A stretch of DNA of 64,000 bases from NCBI GenBank assembly GCA_963734495.1, contig CAVTHK010000006.1, positions 57,109 through 121,108 on the forward strand, given 5' to 3'. Source of the DNA: an uncultured Spirochaetota bacterium (GTDB lineage: Bacteria; Spirochaetota; Spirochaetia; SZUA-6; CAVTHK01). Both the position numbers and the translations under genes were made by a program. Positions 1 through 9,000 of the stretch are shown here, one piece after another (position 1 is the first letter of the stretch; the number at the start of each line of letters is the position of its first letter). The notes below the pieces were generated by a model, which was given only the letters and a program-made list of their open reading frames with translations, was not told where the DNA came from and did no database searches.

Positions 1-100
1 TTTGTTTGGTATTCAAGAGCAGCGACGGCACGCTCGCGGGCGGACAGCGTGCAGTGTACAATCGGCACGAAAAGTCTTGGATCCAAAAGGAAGGGAATTC

Positions 101-697
101 ATGAAACAACGGCAGAGCCTCGTGATCGGTGTCCTCCTGGCCGTCGCATTCTCGGCAGGCGCGCAGGACTTCTCGCAGGGCCTCGGAGTCCGGGGCGGCA
201 TCGGCACGGACATCACATTCGGAGGCGTCGCTTGCGGGGTCGGAGTCAACAAGCTCCTGGGCGAAGAGCTCGAGATCGGCCTGCAATTCTACTATGGAAG
301 CTTCGAGGAGACGGACAAGGAAGCAGTCAACACCTACGTCGACACGACGAAAGTGACCGCTTTCACCGCTCTCGCGAACCTTCTCTACGGGTACCACCGC
401 GGCGAAAGCGGATTCTTCTTTCTCACCGGCGTAGGTCTCGGCTATCTCGGGGTCAACTGGGAAGAGAGGAGCGACACCGACATGACCCTCGGCACGCTTC
501 TCCCGGGCGGCGGAAGCAAGCAGACGTTCGACGGCAGCGCCGGAGGGCTCATTCTGAACCTGGGCGCCGGATACGCGATTCCCGGCGGCATGGACGTGCG
601 GTTCGAGGTCCCCATCGTGATCGCGATCGGGGACACCGGCGGAGCGTCGCACATAATACCGCTGTTCACGCTCACCGCCGGATACCGTTTCCGCTAG
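101..697 (+). CDS. Outer-membrane beta-barrel protein (OmpA/OmpW-like small barrel)
   Basis: ATG at 101 after AAGGGA; signal peptide ending AFSAGA-QD; Gly/aromatic alternating strands; terminal strand LTAGYRFR. Confidence 0.7.
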   Translation: MKQRQSLVIGVLLAVAFSAGAQDFSQGLGVRGGIGTDITFGGVACGVGVNKLLGEELEIGLQFYYGSFEETDKEAVNTYVDTTKVTAFTALANLLYGYHRGESGFFFLTGVGLGYLGVNWEERSDTDMTLGTLLPGGGSKQTFDGSAGGLILNLGAGYAIPGGMDVRFEVPIVIAIGDTGGASHIIPLFTLTAGYRFR

Positions 698-700
698 ATC

Positions 701-720
701 GGGCACGGTCCGCCGTGCCC
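701..720. terminator. GC-rich hairpin between convergent genes
   Basis: GGGCACGG-tccg-CCGTGCCC, perfect 8-bp stem 3 nt after the stop codon; no U-tract. Confidence 0.4.
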
Positions 721-883
721 AGACCCGCGGAAGCGGCGGGAACGGCGGTCAGCCGCAAGTCCGACAGGCTCATGGACGCGGGCCCGCGGACGCCTGGACG
801 CTGATGGAAAAGGGCCGGCGGGCTGCCGCGAACGGCCCTTCGCCAATCCGGTGAGCCGGAGGAGCGCACTGCTGCTTGCCCAC

Positions 884-1378
884 TCAGGAGCGGGCAAGCA
901 GCAGCTGCATCAGGCGTACGTCGATGTAGCGGCCGAACTTGTAGCCGACTTCGCTCATGGTGCCGACGAGGCGGAAGCCGGCGCGCTCGTGCAGGCGCAC
1001 GCTCGGCTCGTTGTCGCCGGCGATGCGCGCGAGGACCGTGTGCAGCCGCGCCTCGCGGCCCGCGGCGAGCAGCTGCTCCATGAGCCGGCCCCCGATCCCC
1101 TGGCCGCGGCGGCCCTGCTCGACGTAGATCGAGATCTCGGCCGTGCCGTCGTACGCGGGCCGGTCCGACCACCGCGAGAGCGACGCCCAGGCGACGACGG
1201 CGGCGCCGTCGACGGCGACGAGGACGGGGTGGCGCGCGTCGTGAAGCGCGAGCCAGTCCACGATCTGCCGCTCCGTCCTCGGCTCCGTGTCGAAGGTGGC
1301 CGTGCTGCTGACGACCGCGTCGTTGTAGATCTCCGCGATCGCCGCGCAATGCTCGCTGGCAGCCGGTGCGATTTGCAT
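884..1378 (-). CDS. GNAT N-acetyltransferase (phosphinothricin acetyltransferase/YncA-like)
   Basis: MQIAPA...IYNDAVVSSTATFDTEP, RGQGIG acetyl-CoA motif, NEPSVRLHERAGF, VGYKFGRYID; SD AGGAG upstream. Confidence 0.9.
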   Translation of the reverse strand: MQIAPAASEHCAAIAEIYNDAVVSSTATFDTEPRTERQIVDWLALHDARHPVLVAVDGAAVVAWASLSRWSDRPAYDGTAEISIYVEQGRRGQGIGGRLMEQLLAAGREARLHTVLARIAGDNEPSVRLHERAGFRLVGTMSEVGYKFGRYIDVRLMQLLLARS

Positions 1379-1409
1379 GCGTTCTCCTATGTCGGCGCCG
1401 CCGCGGGCC

Positions 1410-2885
1410 TCAATCCACGTATCCCTGCAGCACCCAGCCGCGCGTGCCCAGGTCGCGGTAGAGCCACTCGATCCGCCCCTCGGGCCCCTCGGCAAAGTAG
1501 TATTCGCGATCCGCCTCGCCGCCGTTCCACCAGGAGCCCGACAGGGCGTAGGGGCCTCCCACAAAGCGACTCGCGGAGCGGCCCGCGAGCGGCCGCGCGC
1601 CCAGAGGCCGCGGCGCCTCCAGGATGCGGCGCACCAGCACGGGAGCCTGCGCAGCCGGCGTCTCGTCGCCGCCCCCGCCCGCGCGCTCCGGCTCCGGGCG
1701 CGCCTCCACCCACGCGTACTGCCGCTCCGGAAGGTGCTCGTCCACCGGCTGCGCCTGCACCACCGCGTCGTTGCCGAGCTCGGCCCGCAACCGCGCAAAG
1801 GCGCGGGCCGCGGCGGCGAGATCGCGCCTGGGGCGCCTGCGGAAGAGCTCCGGCTGCACATCCTGCGCCTTTGTCCGCTCCGCGTCGAGCGCGATGCGCA
1901 CGACCGGCGAGCCGAGGGCAAGCGAGGCGAGCCGCAGGTCGAGGAGCTCTAAAAGAAGGCTGCGGCCCCGCGTCGGTTCCGCAGGCTTCAGGCTCTCCCG
2001 CAGCGTCTCCCCGCGCTCCAGGCCGAGCGAAAGGGAGATCTCGACGGCGAGCTCGCCCTTGTGCCGCAGGTCCGCGATCAGCCGGTCGAGGAGCGCGGCC
2101 GCGTGGAGCATCAGCCGGCCGCGGTCGGCCTCGGGCGCGGCGAGCCGGCGCGCGAGCGCGAGCGGCTCAGCCGGCGGATCGGCCTGGATCGGGAGCGCCA
2201 GGCCGCCGGAGGCGAAGCGCCAGGCCGCCTCGGCCTCGGCCCCGTAGCGGCGGAGCAGGCCGCCCGGCGGCAGCCGCAGGAACGCCTCCACCGTCCGCAC
2301 GCCCAGCCGCGCGAAGCGCTCCTCGAGCCGCGGCTCGAGGCCCAGCACGGCGAGCGGCGCGTCGAGGGCGAGCCGCCGCTCCTCCTCGGGGCTGGCGAGC
2401 ACGCGGGCGCCCCGTCGGCCGCGCGCCGCGGCGTAGCACCCGAAGCGCGTAAAGCCGACCGCCGCCCGCGCGGCCAGCTCCGCGCCCTGCAGCGCCTCCA
2501 GCACCGCGCTCACCCACCCCTCGAGCGAGCCGTAGAGCTCCTCGAGGCCGGAGGCGCCCACCCAGAAGACGCCGGGCTCTTCGCGCTTCGGCTCCACCTG
2601 CGGGCTCGCCCCGCGCAGCAGGCCGCCGATGAGCTCGACGCCCGCCGCGATCTCGTCCGCGGCGACGGGCGCGGCCCGCAGCTCCGGCGCCAGCGCCAGC
2701 GCGGTGGCGTAGCGCATCCCCGCGGCCACGCCCGCCCGCCGCGCCCGGCCGTTGGCTGCCAGCACGGGCGCGAGCGGCCTGTCCTCGGCCACGACGGCGG
2801 CGGGGTGGCGGCGCCAGGCCTTTTCCCGCCGCAGCAGAAGCTGCAGCGCGAGCTGCGGCACGTCAACGCAGGCCAGCCGGCCCAT
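1410..2885 (-). CDS. imuB: ImuB, catalytically inactive Y-family polymerase-like mutasome subunit
   Basis: Y-family layout without the catalytic SIDE acidic motif (VEPKREEPGVFWV instead); C-terminal GPYALSGSWW...REYY...WLYRD...WVLQG; overlaps imuA. Confidence 0.88.
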   Translation of the reverse strand: MGRLACVDVPQLALQLLLRREKAWRRHPAAVVAEDRPLAPVLAANGRARRAGVAAGMRYATALALAPELRAAPVAADEIAAGVELIGGLLRGASPQVEPKREEPGVFWVGASGLEELYGSLEGWVSAVLEALQGAELAARAAVGFTRFGCYAAARGRRGARVLASPEEERRLALDAPLAVLGLEPRLEERFARLGVRTVEAFLRLPPGGLLRRYGAEAEAAWRFASGGLALPIQADPPAEPLALARRLAAPEADRGRLMLHAAALLDRLIADLRHKGELAVEISLSLGLERGETLRESLKPAEPTRGRSLLLELLDLRLASLALGSPVVRIALDAERTKAQDVQPELFRRRPRRDLAAAARAFARLRAELGNDAVVQAQPVDEHLPERQYAWVEARPEPERAGGGGDETPAAQAPVLVRRILEAPRPLGARPLAGRSASRFVGGPYALSGSWWNGGEADREYYFAEGPEGRIEWLYRDLGTRGWVLQGYVD

Positions 2886-3522
2886 GGCAGCTCTCCCCGC
2901 AGCGCCAGCCCGCGCCCCGGCGCTTGTCCTTGAGCGGCCGCAGCTCGCAGCGCCAGCGGAAATCCCCGAGCCTCTCGCTGCGGCACAGCGCGCGCAGGCT
3001 CACGGTAGAGCTGTCGCCGATCGGGCCCGCGCCCGCGAGGCAGAGCAGCGCCGTGTCGTGCCTGCGCGCAAGCTGCGCGAGGCGCGCCTGGGCCGAGGCG
3101 CGGACGCGGGCGGCCGCGAGCCCCGCCAGGTCCACGACGACGAGGCCGAAGGCGCCGGACCGCAGCAGCCGGTCGGCCGCGCGCGCGGCCTGCGGCGCGT
3201 CGGCGACGCGCACCACCGGCAGCCGGTCGAGCGCCACGCCGTTGGCCGCCATGTCGGGGGGAAAGAAGACCGCGGTGCCCGCGGCGATCCAGCAGGCAGG
3301 CTCGCCGCAGGACTGCGCTTCGAGCACGAGACGGCAGGCGAGGGAAAGGCTCCCCTGCCCCGCGAGCTCGGTGAGCCGTCCGGCCAGCGCGGCCAGGCTC
3401 CAGGGCCGTTCGCCGGAGAGCCGCTCCTCCAGCGCCGCCGCGCGGACCAGCCTGAGGAACGGCGTCGCCTCGCGTGCGGAGGGCGTGGACGCCGATACGG
3501 ACATTCCGGGCATCGCAGCCAT
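2863..3522 (-). CDS. imuA: ImuA, RecA-like mutasome accessory protein
   Basis: RecA-like motifs (GRLTELAG with degenerate Walker A, FFPPDMAANGV, LLRSGAFGLVVVD); lies between lexA and imuB; start codon uncertain. Confidence 0.8.
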   Translation of the reverse strand: MAAMPGMSVSASTPSAREATPFLRLVRAAALEERLSGERPWSLAALAGRLTELAGQGSLSLACRLVLEAQSCGEPACWIAAGTAVFFPPDMAANGVALDRLPVVRVADAPQAARAADRLLRSGAFGLVVVDLAGLAAARVRASAQARLAQLARRHDTALLCLAGAGPIGDSSTVSLRALCRSERLGDFRWRCELRPLKDKRRGAGWRCGESCHGPAGLR

Positions 3523-3535
3523 CGGCGCGTAACCT

Positions 3536-4162
3536 CTACGTGATCGGCCCCTCGTAGGAGCGCCGCACCTCGAGCACCTTGCCGAGGATGGAGAAGCGCT
3601 CGCCGTCCGACGCATCCGGCACGATCGGCTCGTAGGCGGGATTGGCGGGGTGCAGCTCCACCCTTCCCTTTACGATTCTGAAGGTCTTGACCGTCGCCTC
3701 CTCGCCTGATAGAGCCACGACGATGTCGCCCGGCTCCGCCGTCGGCTGCTGCCGCACGACCACGACGTCGCCCTCGAGGATCCCCGCGTCGCGCATGCTG
3801 TCGCCCTTGACCCGCAGGGCGAAGAGGCGCTCCTGCGGCGTCCGCGACCGGACCGCGAGCATGCCCTGAGCATCCTCGATCGCCGTGGTGAGCGGACCGG
3901 CCGCGACGCGGCCGAGCAGGGGGATCGAGACCACGGGTGCGGCGCCCCCGCCGGCCAGGCGGTAGGCCCGCGCCTTGTGCGGCTCCTTGGCGAGGCGCCC
4001 CTCGGCCACGAGCGCCTCGAGGTGCTCGCGCGCGCTCTGCACCGAACGGAAGCCGAACGCCTCCTGCACCTCGCGCACCGTCGGGGGAGAGCCCGCCGCA
4101 AGACGGTCGCGGACAAACGCGAGCACCCGGCCGCGGGTCTCGCCCGGCTCGCTGTACGCCAT
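3536..4162 (-). CDS. lexA: SOS repressor LexA
   Basis: PPTVREV helix-turn-helix, LGRVAAG Ala-Gly cleavage site, GDSM catalytic Ser, ATVK catalytic Lys. Confidence 0.96.
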   Translation of the reverse strand: MAYSEPGETRGRVLAFVRDRLAAGSPPTVREVQEAFGFRSVQSAREHLEALVAEGRLAKEPHKARAYRLAGGGAAPVVSIPLLGRVAAGPLTTAIEDAQGMLAVRSRTPQERLFALRVKGDSMRDAGILEGDVVVVRQQPTAEPGDIVVALSGEEATVKTFRIVKGRVELHPANPAYEPIVPDASDGERFSILGKVLEVRRSYEGPIT

Positions 4163-4217
4163 ACTCGCTCCTATGACCTGGCTTCGCCAGGTCCCAAGCC
4201 CGCTTGCGGGCCCGGCA

Positions 4218-4246
4218 AGAATAGCATACATATGTATGGCAGTCAA
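4218..4246 (-). promoter_or_regulatory. sigma70 promoter of lexA with a palindromic candidate LexA box in its spacer
   Basis: Minus strand TTGACT-17 nt-TATTCT (with extended TG); perfect 14-bp palindrome CATACATATGTATG at 4225-4238. Confidence 0.8.
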
Positions 4247-4381
4247 GGTGAAGTAAAAATTGAAGGCACCGCGCGGCCGCGTGAGGGCGGCGACCGCCGA
4301 CCCTGCCTTCAACTTTTGTCGATTTCCTGCGTTCCCGACGACTATCAAGTGTTCGACCGGCAACGAAGAACGGGAGGGAAC

Positions 4382-4723
4382 GTGAAATACATGCTGTTGA
4401 TCGTCGCGGCCGAAGGGCCGCGGATGACCCCTGCGGAGAGCGCGGAGATGGCGGCGGCGACCACCGCGTGGGTGAGGGAGATGGACGGCCGCGGGGTCCG
4501 CGAGCAGGGCCACCGCCTGCGCCCGGTACGCGACGCGCGGAGCGTCCGGGTGCGCAGGGGCAAGCTGTCGGTGACGGACGGACCCTTCGTGGAGACGAAG
4601 GAGCAGATCGCGGGCTTCGACCTGATAGAGTGCTCGAGCCTCGAGGAGGCGATCGAGGTGGCGTCGAAGCATCCGGTCGCCTCGATCGGCACGGTCGAGG
4701 TGCGGCCCTTCTGGGACGAGTAG
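4382..4723 (+). CDS. YciI/DGPF-domain protein
   Basis: GTG start after GGAGG; KYMLLI, TDGPFVETKEQIAGF, EVRP motifs. Confidence 0.9.
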   Translation: MKYMLLIVAAEGPRMTPAESAEMAAATTAWVREMDGRGVREQGHRLRPVRDARSVRVRRGKLSVTDGPFVETKEQIAGFDLIECSSLEEAIEVASKHPVASIGTVEVRPFWDE

Positions 4724-4761
4724 CCGCCAGGGGCCGCCGAGCTGGACAGCGCGGCAGCCGC

Positions 4762-6000
4762 GTGCTAATCCGTCCGGCAGTGAAAGAGCCGGCTTCCCGC
4801 AGGCTGCGCGCGAGCCTCCGCTCCGCCTTTGCCGACCCTGCCTTTCGCCGGAGCTTCGGCTACTACTCTCTCTACGTCTGCCTGGGGCTGGACCTCGGAG
4901 TCCTGGGACCGACGCTGCCGGCCCTGGCCGCGCAGACGCACGCCCGCCTGGGAGAGATGGGCCTGCTCTTCCTCTGCGGCTCCGCGGGCGGCGCCGCGGG
5001 AACGGCGATCAGCGGCTGGTTCTTCGACCGCGTGCGCGGTCACCTCGTGCTCGGCGTCGCGGCGCTGTGCGCGGCGGTGCTGATCGCGCTGATGCCCCTC
5101 GCGCCTTCGTTCTGGCTGCTGGCCTGGATCGTCGTCATCAAGGGCGCGGCCCACGGCTTCATCAACACGGGAGCGAACACTCTCCTCGTCTGGACGCACG
5201 GCGACAAGTCCGGGCCGTACATCAACGCGCTGCACTTCTTCTTCGGGCTGGGCGCTTTCGTCGCCCCTCTCGTCGTGGCGCAGCTCATCGGTTCCCCGGG
5301 CGGATACCGCGTGGCCTACTGGGTGCTCGCCGCCTTCGTGGGGCTGAACGGCCTGCGCATGCTGGCCGCGGCGGGAAGCCCGCGGCCGGCGCGCGCGAGG
5401 GCCGCGGGGGCAACAGCCGCGCCCGCGGCGGCCGGCGGGCCCGCGCCCTACCCCTTTGTCGTCGTCGCGGCGCTGTTCCTCTTCTTCTATGTGGGCGCGG
5501 AGATCTCTTTCGGCGGCTGGGTCTACACCTACGCCGTCAGCCTGCGGCTGGCCACGGAGGCGGGAGCCGCCTATCTCAACTCGGCGTTCTGGATGGCATT
5601 CACCGCGGGGCGCCTCGCGTCGATTCCGCTCGCCACCCGCTTCAGGCCGCTGCAGGTGATCCCGACCGCGGTCCTCGGCTGCCTCGCGTTCCTGGCGCTG
5701 GTGCTGCTCCTGCCGTCGTCTTCCGCAGCCCTCTGGGCCGCCGCGATCGGGCTGGGCCTCTGCATGGCGCCCGTCTGGCCGACCGGGTTCACGCTGGCCG
5801 GCCAGTCGATCGCCCTGAGCGGCCGCCTGACCAGCCTCATACTCCTCGGCGACGCATTCGGGGGGATGGTGCTGCCTTCGACCATCGGCAAGGTCATCGA
5901 AAGCGCCGGGCCGCGCTCGATGGTGTACCTGATCGCGGCGAGCCTGGTGCTCAACCTGCTGGCCCTGGCGGGCATGCTCAAGCTGCGGCCGCAGAAGTAG
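4762..6000 (+). CDS. MFS transporter (fucose permease/TsgA-like)
   Basis: About 12 hydrophobic segments; LGPTLPALA, NALHFFFGLGAFVAP, FFYVGAEISFGGW; start approximate. Confidence 0.85.
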   Translation: MLIRPAVKEPASRRLRASLRSAFADPAFRRSFGYYSLYVCLGLDLGVLGPTLPALAAQTHARLGEMGLLFLCGSAGGAAGTAISGWFFDRVRGHLVLGVAALCAAVLIALMPLAPSFWLLAWIVVIKGAAHGFINTGANTLLVWTHGDKSGPYINALHFFFGLGAFVAPLVVAQLIGSPGGYRVAYWVLAAFVGLNGLRMLAAAGSPRPARARAAGATAAPAAAGGPAPYPFVVVAALFLFFYVGAEISFGGWVYTYAVSLRLATEAGAAYLNSAFWMAFTAGRLASIPLATRFRPLQVIPTAVLGCLAFLALVLLLPSSSAALWAAAIGLGLCMAPVWPTGFTLAGQSIALSGRLTSLILLGDAFGGMVLPSTIGKVIESAGPRSMVYLIAASLVLNLLALAGMLKLRPQK

Positions 6001-6042
6001 CCGCGGCGCGGGTCATGCCGAAACGCCCGGCGAGACCCTCCC

Positions 6043-9000
6043 TCACGAGCAGCCGGTCGTGCCCCCGCAGGTCTCGCACTTGAGGCAGGTGCCGTTGCGC
6101 ACCAGCGTGAAGTGGCCGCACGTCGGGCACGGGTCGCCCTCGTAGCCCTGCATGCGCGCGAGCAGCATCGGGCTCTCGTCCTCCGCGGGCTGTGCGGCCC
6201 GGCCGACCGGGCCGCCCGAAGCGCCGTTGCCGTTCCTGCCGTTCTCCATCGTCTCGGTGGCGATCAGGTCGTCCGGTTTGACCTGCACCAGGTCGGTCCG
6301 GTGGAGGTAGGTCAGCGCCAGGTCGCGGAAGATCAAGTCCAGGACCGACGTGCACATCTTGATGTTGTCGTGGCCGTGCACCATCCCGTTGGGCTCGAAG
6401 CGCGTAAAGGTAAAGGCGTCCACGTACTCCTCGAGCGGCACCCCGTACTGAAGGCCGAGAGAGACCGCGATGGCGAAGCTGTTGAGCAGCGAGCGGAACG
6501 CGGCGCCCTCCTTGTGCATGTCGAGAAAGATCTCACCGAGCGCCCCGTTCTCGTACTCGCCGGTGCGGATGAACAGGCTGTGCTGCCCGATCTTGGCCTT
6601 CTGCGTGTAGCCGTTGCGCCTGTTGGGCAGGGGGCTGCGCTTCTGGAGCTGGGCTGCAGCCTCCGCCGCCGCAGCCGGGGCGCGCGCGGCCGGGGCCGCC
6701 GACGGGCGGGCGCGCGGCGTGAGGCTCGCGCGCCGCCCTGCCCGCGGCGACGATCTCCTCCGCTACCGAGTCCGCGCTCGCGCCGAGCGCCGACAGCGGC
6801 TGGCTCAGCTTGGAGCCGTCCCGGTAGAGCGCGATCGCCTTGAGCATCTTGCGCCACGAGTCCAGGTACGCCTCCTTGATCTCTTCGACGGTGGCCTGGC
6901 CGGGCATGTTGATCGTCTTGGAGATCGCGCCGGAGATGTACGGCTGCACGGCGGCCATCATGTCGATGTGGGCCTTCCACGCGATGTAGCGCGTGCCCCA
7001 GCGCCCGCTCCTGCTGGCCGTGTCGAACACGGCGTAATGGGCGGGCGAGAGGTGCGGGGCGCCCTCGATCGTCATCGCGCCGCAGGCGTAGCGGTCCGCG
7101 GCTTCCGCCTCTTCGCTCGTGAAGCCGAGGGCCTGCGCCACGTTGAGCGACAGCGCAACATCAGTCTCCGGCACCCCGAGAACCCCGGCCAGGACCGCCG
7201 TCCCGATGACCGTCGGCGTAAGGGCCATGGACAGGCTGAAGCTCGACGGCAGCAACGCCTCGACCTTGTCGAGGGCGTCCGCGGGGATTCCCCTGGCAGC
7301 CAGCGACTCGCGCGAGATGTCCGGCGCACCCGCGAGCGTGCCCCGGCCGACGCAGTACTCCGTGATCTCGCCGATCTGCTGCTCGCTGTATCCGAGCCGG
7401 CGCAGCGCGGGCGGGACCGACTGGTTGATGATCTTGAAGTAGCCGCCGCCGGCGAGCTTCTTGAACTTGACCAGGGCGTAGTCCGGCTCGATCCCCGTGG
7501 TGTCGCAGTCCATGACCAGCCCGATCGTGCCGGTCGGCGCGATCGCCGTGACCTGCGCGTTGCGGTAGCCGTGCTTCTCGCCGAGCGCGAGCGCGCGATC
7601 CCAGCTTTCGCGCGCGCCCGCGGCGAGGTCCGGCGGGCACGCCGCGGCATCGAGGCCCACCGGCGTGATCGTGAGCCCTTCGTATTCGTCCGCCGGAGCG
7701 CCGTGCGCGGCGCGGCGGTGATTGCGGATGACCCGCAGCATGGGATCGCGGTTGGCGGCGTAGCGCGCGAACGCGCCGAGCTCGCCGGCCATCTCGGCCG
7801 AAGCAGCGTAGGCCTCGCCCGACAGGATCGCCCCCAGCGCCGCGCCGATGTTGCGGCCCCCAGCGCTGTCGTACGGGATGCCCATCACCATCAGCAGCGT
7901 GCCGAGGTTCGCGAACCCGAGCCCGAGCGTACGGTAGGCATAGCTGCGCCGCGCCACCTCGCGGCTGGGGAACTGCGCCATGAGGACGCTGATCTCCAGG
8001 ACGACGGTCCAGATCCGGATCGCGTGGCGGTACTCCTCGAGCAGGAAGCGGCCGCTCTCCTGGTCGTAGAACTTGAGCAGGTTGAGCGACGCGAGGTTGC
8101 ACGCGGTGTCGTCGAGGAATGAATATTCTGAACAGTTGTGGACCACGATGCCGTTCGCGACGAAGTGATGGCTCCGAGGCTCGCTCAGATCGAAAACGTC
8201 TTCGACGCCGCAAGGCGTGAGTGATGCGACGCGGTCAACGAACCCGTCCGCATAGACTCCGACTGAGGCGTTGAGCTCGGCCAGCTTCGCGGCTTTGGGG
8301 CTTGAAGGCAGGAACCCGATCTCGCGCTCAAAGGTCACGCGCGAAGAGCGGCTGAGCCGCAGGCTGTGCATCTGCTGGACGTAGTAGGCGCGGGTGCCGC
8401 CTTTCCCGTCCGGGAGCATCGCGATGTCGCCTCCTGCGCGCCGGCGGTTCTCGTAGATCTTCGCCTTGATGCCGAATCCAAGCAGCAGGAGCTGGACTTG
8501 CTGCAGAAGCTCGAGGCTCGTCGAATCCAGTGCGACGTACATGTCCTTCGAGCGGGAGTTGGCAACAGTACCATCGGTGGAGAAGAGCCCTTTCAGGACG
8601 CCAGCCAGGCTCTCGCGATCGAGCTCGTAGATGGCGTCGGTGAACCGCTTGTGCGCGGACCCCTCGCCGAGCACGGCGTAGCGCGAAAGCTCCTCGAGCA
8701 CGGCCGCGACCGCGGTCCCGACGCGCAGCGTCGTGGGTGTAGCCACCAGTCCCGTCCGGCGCGTACCTCGCCGGTCGCCGTCGAAGACCCACGCCTTGGC
8801 CGCGTCTACGCAATCTTGCAGCTGCAGCGCGAGGTGCGGTTCCCGCTTGCTGACCGTGATGAACAGAGTCCCCTCGCGATCGCCCCGTGCAATGCAGCCG
8901 TCGCCGACCGCGGCGCCCAGCAGGATCGCCGCCTCTTCAGGCAGCGAGTCGGTACCGAACGCCGGCTTCTCGAGGATCACGTGGTCGTCGCCGGTCAGAT

